A stretch of DNA of 63,298 nucleotides, filler included, from Reticulomyxa filosa (Eukaryota > Protista > Foraminifera): the NCBI GenBank assembly GCA_000512085.1. It is 19 parts of 19 records of this genome, joined end to end, with 100 filler letters (N's around TTAATTAATTAA, not from the genome) between each part and the next. Parts side by side here need not be neighbours in the genome. Positions count along the whole stretch, not along the records: positions 23,526 to 26,189 come from ASPP01016909.1; positions 26,290 to 30,256 come from ASPP01025737.1; positions 30,357 to 31,609 come from ASPP01004718.1; positions 31,710 to 35,878 come from ASPP01025224.1; positions 35,979 to 46,281 come from ASPP01018599.1; 14 more parts are not named here. One strand, 5' to 3'. Made by a program: the position numbers and the translations under genes. A model generated the notes under the pieces. The model was not told where the DNA came from, did not search any database, and saw only the letters and a program-made list of their open reading frames with translations. This document shows, in pieces, positions 24,601-38,265 of this stretch (the first letter of the stretch is position 1; every line of letters starts with the position of its first letter).

Positions 24601-26289
24601 GTGTAAAAAGAAATTTGTTTCTATTTGACAATTGATCTGCATCTTAGAGGGGACCAGAATGTAGAAAAAATTCTTTCCACGAATTTGTGTATAATTAATA
24701 AAAGCTAGAAAGTATATTATTCATCCTTCCAAAGGCAAAGTGTAAATGTTGTAATGACAGTTAAAATAAGAATTTCGCAACATTGAAATAAGTCAGTAGT
24801 TTGTTTTTTTTTTGCAAATAAAAAATGTGTTGGTTTTTTCGTTGGAAATAAGATATTTATTCAGTTTTGCCACTCTTTAATCACTTTGCGAATTCGCAGA
24901 CCTAAAAAAAAACACATCATTTTTTAATAAGAAAATACAATTATTTTAAAATATTTTGATGTAGGTCATTCTGTTTACAGAAAAAAAATGATACAAAAAG
25001 ACATTTTCTTTCATGTAATGATCTTTATTTTTGGAACGTTACTGACTGAGTGTTAGTCAATTTGTTAACATCCAGTTATCAACCGTTCCAAACATGTTTT
25101 CTTCTACAAAAAAGAAATGTACTAACTTTGTAGCATTTATGAAAATAAATGAAACGAAAACTTTTTTGTCGTGGGGTTCTAGCAAAAAATCAACTCATGT
25201 TGATACTTACTTTTAAATATCAGTTAACATTTTAAAAAATAATCAATCAAATGATTATATCAACAACATTACTATTATTTAACTCGTATTGCTTATAAAA
25301 AAAAAGGAGCGATTTTTAAACTGAATCAAACAAGTGTTATATAGCAAATTGAAACCTTTAGTTGTTCGAACAGTGCAGAGATTGTTTCATTGACAACAAT
25401 CGAGCAGAAACAAAATTTTATTTATAATTAGGTTTGGTACATGTATCAGTTTTTGTTTCTGTGTCATTGCGACTCGTGTTTGTATCTTGACGTGTCAACG
25501 GTATGTCCCTGTGCTGTTGTTCCCTCCAAGTAAACAGAAAATGTTGTCTTGCAAGTGCTAACAAGGAAACTATTCTTTTGTAAAGCGACCATTCTTTGCA
25601 ATTAAAGAGAAACCTTTATTAACTTTTTTAGAAGTACAAATTTTTTTGGAACTGACCACCTTTACGCTGTTTTTAAAAAGTTTTGTAAAGAATCATTTTT
25701 TGAAACAACTTTTAAAAAACAATGGAACAAATTGCATTAAAGTGCTTTCTTATGTTTACATTGAACAAAATCAAAATAAGGGATTTATTCTGTGTGTCTT
25801 TTCTTTGTTGTTCATTGCGATAACAGGAAAAAATTCACAATATTGACAAACTGTGATAAAATTTGATTAGAGTTTTTGTATTGTATTAATATTTTTAAAA
25901 AACATCATTATATTACCCTTTTTGAGCTCGTTTTAGGCTACGTTGGAAATATCATTGTCAAAGTCTTGTAGCACATTAAAATAAACAAATGTCACAACTA
26001 GTTATAAATACGTATATCCAATAAACTTATTTCACAAAATCAAATTTTCTTTTTGAAAGAGATATTATAAAAGAATATTAAGCAAAAGTTTTTAATGTTA
26101 TTGGATTAAAAATTTCAAGCATCAAATGATATTTTTGACATAAGATATTGTGGGATTTGTGAGAAGACTAAATGTAATACGAAAGGAACNNNNNNNNNNN
26201 NNNNNNNNNNNNNNNNNNNNNNNNNNNNNNNNNTTAATTAATTAANNNNNNNNNNNNNNNNNNNNNNNNNNNNNNNNNNNNNNNNNNNN

Positions 26290-27244
26290 TTATTATTATT
26301 ATTATTATTATTATTGTTATTGTTATTGTTGTCATTGGAATTGAGACTAGATGATACAATACGGAAATTCTCCATTACATATTTCACCAGACGTGCACTC
26401 CCATTGGGCTTCACTTTGGCTGTGCTGGTTTGGCTCTGTTCTTTGTCGTGCTCTTCAAACGACTCGTATCTGTCCTTCAAGTCTTTTATCAATGCTTCCG
26501 CCTCAACTTCCGCTTTGTCTCTAAACTCCCCAATCGCATTTTCATCATCAACAACAAATACCCTCCTCCCATTTGAATTGTCTTCACAAAAAAAAAAAAA
26601 AAAAAATAATATATATATATATATACATATAACATATACATATACATATATGTATATGTATATATATATATGTAAATATGCATATATGTATTTATAGTGA
26701 ACTGTGACAAATATTGAAAGTATTGCTTAGTTGTGAGCGACGACACCGAGGTAATGACTTGGATTTGATCCAGGAAATCCATGAAATCTTGGTAATCCAA
26801 TGTTTCGTCAAACTCTTCTTCCAATACTCGCCGGATTGATCGGATGATTTTTACTTCCTTTCCTTTCTTTTCTTTTTGCTTCTTTCCTTCTTTTTTCACT
26901 TGTTCTCCTTTGGACATCTCCAACTCCAGTTCCATCTCCATTTCCAATTCCAAGTCCTTCTCCTTCTGCTTTTTCGTTTTCGGCGTCTTCTTCCCTTCTT
27001 TCACCTCTTTTGGTGTCCCTTTGCTCTTTGTCTTCTTCCCATTTTTTGTCGATATTGGCTTCTTCCCTTTCTCTCCTTTCTTTCGTTTGTTGTGTCGTGT
27101 TTTGTTTTTGCGTTTTTTTTTTTTTTGTTTTGTTACATTGGCTTTGTGCTTTTGTTTCGTACCCTATCTCTTCTCAGTTGTGTGTTTGTTTGTTTGTTGA
27201 GTCTTTCGAACTTTTTGTTTGGTGGATTCTTCCTTTGAGGTCAT
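26290..27244 (-). CDS. Hypothetical protein with a Lys-rich N-terminus (3'-truncated; one in-frame TAG or an unresolved intron near 27165)
   Basis: Long K/E-rich reading frame. Exon LEEEFDETLDYQDFMDFLDQIQ is spliced to DNSNGRRVFVVDDENAIGEF. Confidence 0.45.
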
Positions 27245-27969
27245 TTAGTGGATTTATATATATAATACAAGTGCACACTATTTCACATTGATGGATCCAA
27301 AGATCAGCTAAGGGGAAAATCAATTTCAATTTTATTTTTTTTTCTTTCTCTTCTGTCCTTCGTTAGTAAGTCTGTTGTTGCTCCAAAACAACAAATGTTC
27401 ATTTTTGGTGCTATTGACTTTTTTTCTTTTTCATTGTTTTGGTATCGAAAATAAACACGCTGTTTATAACAATTCTCTGCTCAGTCACTTTTAATTTCAA
27501 ATTTCCTTTCCCACAATATCCCAGAGTGCCCGACTTCGACAAAAAAAACAGGTACGAGTGAATATCCAGGATGCAATCAAATACAATAGACAAGAAAAAT
27601 CTGCAGCTTTCAAGAACATTAGGTAGGCGTACGTGATGAATATTCAACACAATGTTTTCTAAAGTTGTTTTTACAAAACATGTTACTTTTTCTTTTTTTG
27701 TTTGAACACTAATTTTGGCATTCGTCTTGAACTGGATACAGAGCAAAATAATGCATCAAAACAGCAGTTTTTAAGGCATGATCATTTCAAAGTAAAAGAT
27801 GCAGATAATCCTATTACGAATTCCACCAAGTACAAATGTTTTGTCTTTGATAGAGTAAACCACCAAAGATAATTTAGTTGATATTTCAAAAAATTAAACC
27901 ATAGTGCGAAGAAAAAATAAATAAATAAATAAAAGAAAATTAATCACTGGACATTATTCCAGTATTGAT

Positions 27970-29330
27970 ATGATTCGGGATGGCTATTCAACAAGTTGGA
28001 ATGAGAATTTTGTTATGAACGGCTGTGCTTTCGATTTTAATCTAGATATCCGTTCTGGAATTGCTGAAATTGAAAAGGACCGTTGGGTTTCTTGTGCAAA
28101 GCATGCACTTTACGGAGGAATGCATTTTGAGAAAACAAAACCCCAACAAATTAAAGTAATACCACTGGTAATATTGTAACGAAAAATATGTTAGAATATA
28201 CTTTTATAGTCTGATGTACCGATTTGAGATATATTTCATACAACAAGCAAAATAAACTAAAATAAATTGAAACATAAAAAAAAAAGACCAAAAAAGAGAC
28301 AAATATAATTTTGCAAAGTTGGCTTCGATTGTGTTCAATTGAGTTTGGATGGATCGACGAATTTAATCAAATCATTACACAATATGTTATGCAGATTATT
28401 TTATTAATTGTTTGAGGTATTTTCATATTTTTCAAAAAATGCAAATAGGCCAGATATTTTAAACAGTTACGGGTCATTGAATATACGAGTCCATTGAATT
28501 GTGCAAATCTTTCGCTTGATGGTAAGAAAATTGTTTCAACTTCTTTTGATCAAACAATTCGAATATGGGATGTGATCTCAGGAAAATTACTTCAAACGTT
28601 GCAAGGAGATTATTATGATATAAATTATGCACAGTTTTCACCAGATGGTAGCATGGTTGTATTTTGCACGGATAACAATGAAATATCACTATGGGATTTG
28701 AAATCAGGTCAAGAAATAAGACAATTTGAGGGACACACATATTGTGTTAAGACTGTTCAATTTTCATCTGATGGACATACCATTTTGTCAAGTTCATTTG
28801 ATAAAACAATTCGACTGTGGAACATAAACACTGGAAAACAAAATCGGCTTGATGGACACTTTGACTGGGTTTATGATGCGCAGTTTAGTTCAGATGGTAA
28901 TTATATGGCATCAGCTTCTGATGACAAATTAATTGCAATATGGAATATAGAATCTGGACAAGTAATGATGGTGTTGAATGGACATTTAGGTGGTGTACTA
29001 AGGGCAACATTTGCCCCTAACGATTCCTTTGTTGCGTCATGTTCAAGAGACAAAACAATTCGAATATGGTATCTGTTGTCAAAAAAAGAGACACAGAAAT
29101 TGGAAGGGCATACCGACATTGTAACAGCAATAAAATTTACGCCAGATGGACAAATGATTGTCTCATCATCGGCAGATAAAACCATTCGATTGTGGAATGT
29201 AAAAACTGGACAAGAAGTACAGAGATTGGAAGGACATTCTGATGTTGTCACATGTGTGGATGTTTCACCAGATGGTAATACTATTGTGTCATGCTCAAAG
29301 GATAAAACTATTCGCATATGGGAGTTGTAA
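27970..29330 (+). CDS. WD40-repeat protein. Exons 27970-28167, 28287-28385 and 28449-29330
   Basis: About 7 canonical GH...SSxDKTIRxW repeats; phase-0 GT-AG introns keep the frame. Confidence 0.9.
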
Positions 29331-29501
29331 ACTGTGATAAATTCAAATACTAACGTTGCTTTTTTTTTCTCATTAATTAAAAAAAAGCAGTTTGATAATT
29401 GCACAAATAATATAAATTGATCAAACAAGTAAGAGTTATTTTTTTTTTTATTAATTGTTTCAATATGTAACCACTTGTCAAGTTGTTCAATTAAAAATAT
29501 A

Positions 29502-30215
29502 TCAAAGTCCTAAAAAGTTACGAATATAATGCAAGTGCATGGATAAGTATCCACCTTTTCCATTTGGCTTACACTGTGATTTTTCATAAAAAACAACATC
29601 CTTTTGTTTTTGTTCTTCATCCTTTAGCAAATGATTTACAATTATCTCATGCACCGCTGGTAGTTGATGAAATGGTACAAACGGATAAGCATGATGTTCC
29701 TGTATTATTGTCATTGGTATTATTTTTACCGTTTTTTTTTTGTTGAGCAAACAAAATATTCAAATTAAAATAGTAGATAACAATGCAAAAAATGATACCA
29801 AGTGATAAGGCATATTCCAAGCCAATTTTCGAACAAAAAACCACGTTTTGGTGGATCGAGTATTTTTCCACATATCCAATTCACCGAATTGGCATCCATT
29901 GTGTTCAGCAATTAAATACAATCTCAAAAAGATTTGTCCAATCAAAGACGGCTCAATCCAAGCATGATATAAGTAGTGTCCATGTACCTTACCAAACCAC
30001 GCTGCAATCATTAAATAGCCAGTCACATAAATCAGCGCCTCTCTCGATACATCCATTTGTGCATGCGGATATTGCAAATAGTACTCATACTTCACTGGCA
30101 GCAAAATATTTTTTTTCACATTTGAATTTGCTTTTAACCATTTCGGGAACAACGACTCGATCAAAAATAACAACGAATGGCGAGTCAAACAAGATATACG
30201 ATCCAACCAAAACAA
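29502..30215 (-). CDS. Membrane fatty-acid desaturase/hydroxylase, MocD (rhizopine-catabolism)-like subfamily, 3' part
   Basis: FLRLYLIAEHNGC...NTRSTKT...LAWNMPYHL|EHHAYPFVPFHQLP; third His box reconstituted across intron 29798-29700. Confidence 0.85.
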
Positions 30216-30221
30216 TATTCC

Positions 30222-30256
<35 letters not shown>

Positions 30257-30356
30257 NNNNNNNNNNNNNNNNNNNNNNNNNNNNNNNNNNNNNNNNNNNN
30301 TTAATTAATTAANNNNNNNNNNNNNNNNNNNNNNNNNNNNNNNNNNNNNNNNNNNN

Positions 30357-31540
30357 ACATATTTGGAATATATTTTGATGAGTTGATTTGGAGTGGTGAG
30401 TCAAATTTTGAGCCAAGCAAAAAAAAAAAAAAAAAAAAAAGGAAATTGTTCCAAATTGTACGTGAAGAATTGAAGTCAGAACAAACTCCAAAATCCAGAC
30501 AACAACCCGTCAAGAGCTTGGAGGAGATGAAATGGAAGCGCATTGTCGAATTGAAGACAACTGTGCAATTGATTAAAACGAAGCAAAAACAAAAGCAAAA
30601 TGGGCGAATTTGTCCAATCAATTTCTCTTCGCCAAATACTTGCCATTACGATGACAGTAATGCTGGTGATGCTAATAATAATAATAATAATAATAATGGA
30701 ACAAAAGCGCAAGGAGCACCGTTGCAGGGATTGTATAAAGACAACAATGACGTCAACAATCAACAGAATATAAGACAAAGTGCCACGAAAAGTATTGGGT
30801 TGCAAGTAGAACCAGTAACATTGACAGCATTGTCAACGGGAAACGCCTCAAATGTTGGCTGCGTCAGCAAATACCAAGCGCAGGCGTTTTCTCTGAGCAG
30901 TTTTGACAATCTGTGCAAAACAGAAGATGTGAACAATCCATTTGTATTTAATCAAATGGACGAAGAACAGTTGGAAAATGAAGAGACCATTGAAATGTTT
31001 TTATCTCATCCTCAGGAATTTTTACCTCAACAAAACCAAGTTTTGTTTTTTTTTTTTTTTTTTTTAAATTCAAATACAGACAGACTGTAAGAGATGTTTT
31101 GAATTTTGAATTGGTAAATGTGTTTGAGAAGGATAGTTTTCATATCCCATTGAAAGAGTGCTTGAACAAGAGTATCTATAACTGCATCGAGTCACAAGTG
31201 TCAATATTGGATGAAATGCTAATGCACTTGTTTCACAAGAAATATCAAGTAATCGACCATTTAACAATGTTCAAAAACATATATTTGATGAACAGTGGCG
31301 ATTTGCTATCTCAGTTTAGCAATTATCTTTTTCGTGGTGTCAATTTGTTAACGTTGCAATCGCAATCGCAATCGCAACTGCAACTTCAATCTTCCTCGCA
31401 GCATGTGGAGGCTCCAAAATTGCTATCCCTCAGTCCGTCGTTTTTGAACTCCATCTTTTCTTTGTGTATTAAAGACATGAACTATGAAAACAATTCATTT
31501 CTGCAGCATTTCCATTTCCGCTCAGAGTCTCTTGACGGTA
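30357..31540 (+). CDS. Gamma-tubulin complex component (GCP5/GCP6-like), internal fragment
   Basis: IPLKECLNKSIYNCIESQVSILDEMLMHLFHKKYQVIDHLTMFKNIYLMNSGDLLSQFSNYLF matches the start of the GRIP2 domain, after a long low-complexity insertion. Confidence 0.75.
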
Positions 31541-31709
31541 CGATATTTATTTGTAGTTTTTTTTTTTCTTCTCCTTCTCTCAAAAACAGTACGTCACACA
31601 CATCTACATNNNNNNNNNNNNNNNNNNNNNNNNNNNNNNNNNNNNNNNNNNNNTTAATTAATTAANNNNNNNNNNNNNNNNNNNNNNNNNNNNNNNNNNN
31701 NNNNNNNNN

Positions 31710-32144
31710 AAAAAAAAAAAAAAAAAACGGCTGAACGCAGCACCTGTCAAGATCTTCTTTCCTCTGATTTATAAACTCGTCGTCAAATTTTTTTCGTAGT
31801 GTTTTTGAAGGCAATTCAGGCAGTGCTTTGCTTTGATAAATGCCAGACAGTTTTTTATGAAGTGCTGCAAAAAAAAAAAACAATGCAAAAAGGAACGTTA
31901 TCATAGCCAGATTGAGTTTAATGGATTTTTTTTTTGGAACTTGTTTGCTTACTTTCAACTCACCATCAAAATCGTTAAATCTTCTTTTCACGTTGAAAGA
32001 AATTCTTAGTCCTCGCACTTGCACGAAAAGGTCGTAAAACGTTGTGTTCGACACGGCGTCCGTTTGTTGATCCTCAACACATGCTGTCAAGGAAAGATTA
32101 TGCACGCCCTCATGCGTGGCCACTTTGCTATTACTATCTGTCAT
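31710..32144 (-). CDS. PX-domain (sorting nexin-like) protein, 5' part
   Basis: TFYDLFV...VKRRFNDFD|ALHKKL...LPELPSKTLRKKFDDEFINQRKEDLDR. Confidence 0.88.
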
Positions 32145-32758
32145 TTTTATTAGCGATGTTTCGACCTTTTCGCCTTAAAATCGTCTTGTCCTCTTTTTTT
32201 TGGCCTTGCCTCAACTAAACTTTTTCGGTTTTCTTTTTCCTTGATCATCAGATTCCAAAAAAGATATTAAATGGTAACATTAGTTTCAACTAAAGGCTGC
32301 AGTAAGCATTTATGCGTTTTAATTGTACATCAATACAGTGATATACCGAGACTATAACATACAGAAATATCAGTAGATATTGCGAAGATCATTTGTAAGG
32401 TGCACAGTTTACACAATGCCATTACCGAATAAGATTTTTGTCTTACAGTTTTGTAATACGTACTTTCGTTAAATAAACTGGTCAAAATACGCAAAAGAAT
32501 ATTCAAAATTCAAATTGTATAATTTAATATATTAATCTATTTACATTCCATCGCACATTCATCATAATTTTTAAAAATTGATTAGTTTTCTGGTGCAGAG
32601 AATAAGATTGGTAAGTAACAAATCGTGATGTGGTTTTCAAATTAAATAGCACTTTTCATGATAATTTGGACATGAAGCTTTTTTTGATTAGCTCATCAAA
32701 TTAATTTAATATAATAACACTCAATAAAAAAAGGAAAATTTCGATAACAAGAAACGCA

Positions 32759-34140
32759 TTAAGTTGATGGTTGTTTTTGGAATCGATCAACAGTAAGTTT
32801 TTTAGTTTGAATATGTTTGAAAGATTCTGTATTATCTGCAATCTGTTTTTGTTGTTGTTTGTTTTGTTTTTGAAGCGATCGTAATTGAATCCAGTCTTCT
32901 ATCCACATTTTGCCTCCAAGACCAGATCCTTTGAGTTGTTTGATTTTTCCGATTTTGTCTATCAAGTATCGTCGATTGTGCTGAACCTCGCCTGAAGACC
33001 ACAGTTTGAGTTGTTTATTGTAATTGTCTTGAAACAAATCTTCCATTGCACTACGTAATTTAATTCGAATGGGGATTCCAATGAGGCCAAATTCTTGACG
33101 CAAAACCTTCGAACTTTATAAAAGTAATAATCACTAATCAAGTGACTCCAACAAAAACCATTTCCTCTTCTGTCACTTCAACAACATTACCATCGTCTTT
33201 GGGAACTGTCGATTTCAATGTCTTAAATTCCATGTTTGCAAACAGATCTGTGCTGTCCATCACATAATACTTTGGGCCACTCCAATCAATCGACGCGAGA
33301 CCCTTTTCTTTGTTGTCTTCATTTGGATCGAATTCCAATTGCCATATAATCTGCTCATTGTCACCACCATTGTTATTGTCATTGTCATTATCACTATCAT
33401 TGACCTAATCTGTACTTTGCACTATCATTGCCTTCATCCCTGCAAGCTTTTGTTTGCTTCGACGTCGTTGGTACTCTTTTACTCCTTTCTTCTGACCATC
33501 CGACAGTTGATCCACTGCATATGATTGCTGAGATAATTTCTGTTGCAGCTCTAGCAGCGACAGATATTTCCAATGTTTGGGATCAGCATTAGCATTGAGC
33601 GATTGTTCCTTGATCAGTCTTTGTTTCATAACCTCCCAAGGATCTGTGTCAATGGTCCTACTGATAGAAGAAAACGTATCTTCCACATTGGTCGACACAA
33701 ATCCAGCTGCTTAAATGCATTGTCCAACGCAAGGAACAAATCCACAAATCCATCATCGGTTACCGCCACGCACACCACAACTTCTCACAAGCATAGTTCA
33801 TAGCTTTGGCTGGTTATTGGCTTCAAACCCCAACAAATATAAATGTAATACAAATGCAATGCAAATACAAATATATGTGTACATATACATATATGTATAT
33901 ATGTTAAAATGATAACAACATACCAGATCATATCTACCATTGCCAGACTTATTGGTAATGGGGATGATAGTCTTTGGTTGGACATGACGCGACGAAGAAT
34001 GATCGATTTGTGAATTATAATAATATATTTTTTTTTTTAGCCATTTGGACATAAATACATCTTGACTTGTCAATACTACTTTGGAGTCATAAATAATTAA
34101 TATCACGTAGGTATAGTCTATTACTTTGGTTGCTTGTTCG
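32759..34140 (-). pseudogene. Der/EngA-like GTPase pseudogene
   Basis: QATKVIDYTYVILIIYDSKVVLTSQDVFMSKWLKK and IIPITNK resemble GD1; VLRQEFGLIGIPIRIKLRS resembles the C-terminal KH domain. Contains stops and frameshifts, and GD2 is essentially absent. Confidence 0.6.
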
Positions 34141-34429
34141 ATTATTACTATCTTTTTTTTTTAAAAAAGTATTTATCATATATATTATATATATATGTAT
34201 ATAAATGATTTTCCTGAATGTCTTCTAGTTGCTAATGCTATTGGCACACAAATAGTATAGTTCTACAAATTGATCTTCCACATTTAATTTTTTTCCATTT
34301 ACAAATACATTTACATATTGAATACTTGAATAATAAATAATCGGGTCAGGATTGCTACAACTTGGCCCACCATTTAATTCGACCTAATATATATACAGTA
34401 AATAAAAAAATAACTTAACATAAATAAAA

Positions 34430-34515
34430 TAAAATAACAATATCCACAACCATAATAACAATATCCGCAGCAATAATAACAATATCCACAATAATAAAAA
34501 TAACAATAATAATCA
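34430..34515. repeat. About 21-bp tandem repeat (ATAACAATATCCRCA...) x3
   Basis: Visible directly in the sequence. Confidence 0.65.
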
Positions 34516-34989
34516 TATAACACCAAGAATTGAATTCTGTAAAAAAAAAAACAAACAAAAAAAAAAACTCCCAACAGGCTATAGTTTTATTTTATAATTA
34601 CATTTATAATAACGATAACTAGCGAATCAAACCCTATATAAAATCAAAAATACAATTTGTTACAATAATTATATAACAATAGTCGAATTTAATAGCATAT
34701 ACAAGTTGTAGCAATACGTATCCAATTATTTGAAATCAAAATATTAGTCTATTTTTGAATGTTCGATGTTCGCTTTGCATATGCTACTTTCACTAGCGTT
34801 TATACTAACACAACGAAACATAATTGTGCTTATTGTGTTGATAGATTAACAATAAGTCGATGTGCTGTTTTTATTATCAAGTTGTTCATTGGTGCTAGAT
34901 TATTTTGGCAACGCTTTGTCGTTGGCGTGTTGTCGACTGCTTGGATGCTGTCCTGCTGTATCTTTTCGCAGGCAAAGCTTTCTTTAAAT

Positions 34990-35790
34990 TGATTGTCACT
35001 GTTCGTCCTGCCCCTTCGCAACGCACTTTGCAGGTGGTTTGTCTAACTCTTTCGTGGCGGCTGCCATTTTCTTCGCATTAACTGATATTTTCATGGCAGC
35101 AATCTGCAAAAAAACAAACGAACACACACAAAGTGGTTAATAATATAATTTTAAATTTTTTGACATTTTTTTGTTGTTGTTTCAACACAAATGTTTCACT
35201 TCGCCATTCCCATATATGTTTATTTATATGTTGTTCCATCGCATGCTAATATATATATACAGACACTATAACTCAGCTGTCCCATTCTTTCATTTCCAAA
35301 GGCGACCCAATCGCCTGTGGAGAGATGGTGCACGTAGTGATAGCGTAGATACTGTGGTGACTCCCTTTGCTGACGCTGATGGAATGAATCAATTCAAACG
35401 ACAGCATGGAGTACAAATCCATGACTCCGTTGACTTTTCCGACACACAGCAAATCATTTGTGAAAACACTCGTTTCATTTTTCATTTCATAGTTTACCAC
35501 TTCCAACTTCGAGGGGTCCTTACTATCCGTTGTTTTGGCGTTCATCACCGGTTTCAAACGGTAGGTTTGATGAAACGACGCGCAGCTTATCATGTGATCC
35601 TCCGCGGCCCCTTTCACATGCAGGCGATATCTTCCGCCTGTTGTATATCGACTGTACATTAGCAACGGCAATTTCAAGCTCTCTGGATTGTCGCTATGCA
35701 TTCCATATTTCTTATTATCTTCGTCTGATGCACCACAGATCCATTTGTAGATAAATCCCTCATGCGTCAATGTATATAACTGTTTGAACG
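34990..35790 (-). CDS. 3' part of a hypothetical protein, possibly a beta-propeller
   Basis: 165-aa ORF with LLCVGKVNGVMDLYSM...LIHSISV (WD40-like blade) and a probable last exon at about 35105-34990. Confidence 0.4.
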
Positions 35791-35837
35791 TGTTTGTTTT
35801 TATATTTGTGTATATGTTTATTATAATTATAATAACA

Positions 35838-35878
<41 letters not shown>

Positions 35879-35978
35879 NNNNNNNNNNNNNNNNNNNNNN
35901 NNNNNNNNNNNNNNNNNNNNNNTTAATTAATTAANNNNNNNNNNNNNNNNNNNNNNNNNNNNNNNNNNNNNNNNNNNN

Positions 35979-37847
35979 TTTTGTCCATGTGATTTTCAAC
36001 GGATTGGAAGGAGGAACGATTAAAAAAAAACACGCGATAGATAGATTTTTTTTTTTGCATGTGTATATATTTTAGGGAAAACACAAAACTGGGCGACAGA
36101 AGCCTGACCAGTGAAGGGTTCTGCAAAATCATTGCGAGCTGTCATTCTTGGCATGTGTCCCATGGATTGTGAGCCAACAGTGATCGCTGCCGCAACGGTG
36201 GCAGTGGATGGGATGGAAGCGGTAGTGGCAACAGGAGCGGTGGATCTGGCGTTTGAATTGGAGTTCGAATTAGCGGACTGTGCTTCGGTGGTTATCATTT
36301 GCCATGAACCGTGAATTGGTAATGCTTCTACTGGACCTTGACCATTCCAATGGGGCGGTGGAGTTGCTAAGTCTTGAACAGATCTAATGGTCGGCATAAA
36401 GGCAAATTTCAACAACACTCCTAAAAAAGACATCGTCTCAAATCGCGATCCACGAAATACTCTTGGCAAAAGAGGTAAAATATTCGTATTCTCAAATACA
36501 CTACTCTGAAGTAACTTTTGCAAACATACATACAATTTTATATTGATTGGATTGAAACTACATTCCAATGAAAATCCTTTTTTTTATTTTAAAAAAAAAA
36601 AAAAAAAACGCGATTTTTCATAAAATAAAAAAATAAACAAAAATAAAAATTGAAAAGAAAGAAACATTATTTGCACAAACAGCAAATTAGCTTCGTGCGT
36701 GAACCAAATAAATTGGGTATTGTTAAACTTGCACTTTAAAAAAGTCGGACGAAATGACAACGGCAAATGTCCGAACAATTGGCCAATGAAACTTTTGCGT
36801 AAGTCCATTGATACTAAATTGTTCATTCATAATTCGCAATAGGTAATCTAACAAAGTGTGCCCAAAGTGATTGAACTCATTGTGAGTGGAAGCACAATTT
36901 GTAATGTATCGACATAATTCGTTCCATACGTGACAATGGGTAGAGAATCGTTTGGTCCCAGTCATCATTGAAAAGTATTTTTCCATGTGTTCGATATATT
37001 TGTTATCTCCCCAGGATAGTGATTCGTCATCGTCGTATCCTAGTGTTTCTACAATATTGCAAAGTATATTCTCTTGATTGTTAGTATTGTTTCTATCACT
37101 TTCTGTCACTTCGTTCCCACGTCTCAATCGATTTTCTTTCATCGCTACTTGCTTTTTCACTTTTCTATTATCATTGTGTTTAGTACTCAATTTTTATTAT
37201 ATTGTTCAACATTGAAAAAAAAAAAAAAACAACACACACACAAGTGTACGCTACATATTATATTTATGTATGTACCCTCAATTGAACCTGAACGAATTCA
37301 AATGGGCACTATCGCTCTCAAACAATAGTTTGTTGTTTAGTCCATAGTGTGGTCTCACAACGCAATAAAACATATATCGCAAAATAATTTCTATTATATA
37401 TTGCCTCGTTTTTGACTGTATTGTCTCATTTGCTTCCTCCTTGCTTTTCCCATTTTTTGTTTTTTTTTCGCTGCTGCTATTCATTTCATCGCCGTCTTCT
37501 GATAACATACGTTCCGCAATCCCGAATAACCACCCAAACCCATTATTCGAACGATACAATTCTTCGAGCACTATCGTTTCAACATCTTCCAATTTATACT
37601 GTTTGTTCTTTCTTGACTCAAGTTTATTCCAAGGTGTCAACAATCCGACCAAATATATGTGAATCTCTTCTGCTGATAATTGTACATTTGGCTCATTTTT
37701 GTCAGTTGTCGCTTGACTAGTTTCCTTCTCAGTCCGTGTTCCATACCTCATAACTTCTTCTGACGAGGAATTATTCAAAGACGGATTTTCTGTCATCGAA
37801 TCATTAGTTTTCATCATATCCAAAATTTGGGAGATATATTGATACAT
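35979..37847 (-). CDS. Ubiquitin conjugation factor E4 (Ufd2/UBE4-like), N-terminal half, multi-exon
   Basis: VETIVLEEL...FGWLFGIAERM and GSRFETMSFLGVLLKF resemble conserved Ufd2 core segments; the U-box would lie beyond the contig end. Confidence 0.5.
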
Positions 37848-38265
37848 GCCATGGAAGGGGCCATAATGGTCTGGCTCGGTTTTAACAGTATTTTATCGTG
37901 CCAACGGTAACACTTTCTCTTTAAAATTTTGTTCAGCCTCTTTTATATCTTAAAATTTTGTTGCATACATTTTTGTATCTATAGAAAAGCTGAAGCTGAA
38001 AATTTTAATTAGGCACGAGTTGATGTGCAAATTAAAAAAATTTCACACGTAATCTACTATCCCGTAACTATATTTCAAAGTACACAAAAAGATCACGTTG
38101 GAAACTTTGTTTAGCTATAGTTGGAGTGCTTAAACTTCGTAGCTTTATAACCAATCAAATAGTTGATGTTGCACCATTTCCTTATGTAAACTAAGCAAAG
38201 AGTTTTGCTTTTTCGTTTCCAATACGTGCCAACCCCGCAGAATCTGCAGAATCTTTAAAAAAAAA

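Noticed and set aside
34374-34574. Cys/Tyr/Gly-rich peptide ORF (YCGYCYY)
   Set aside because: Explained by a 21-bp AT-rich minisatellite; no good start or splice context
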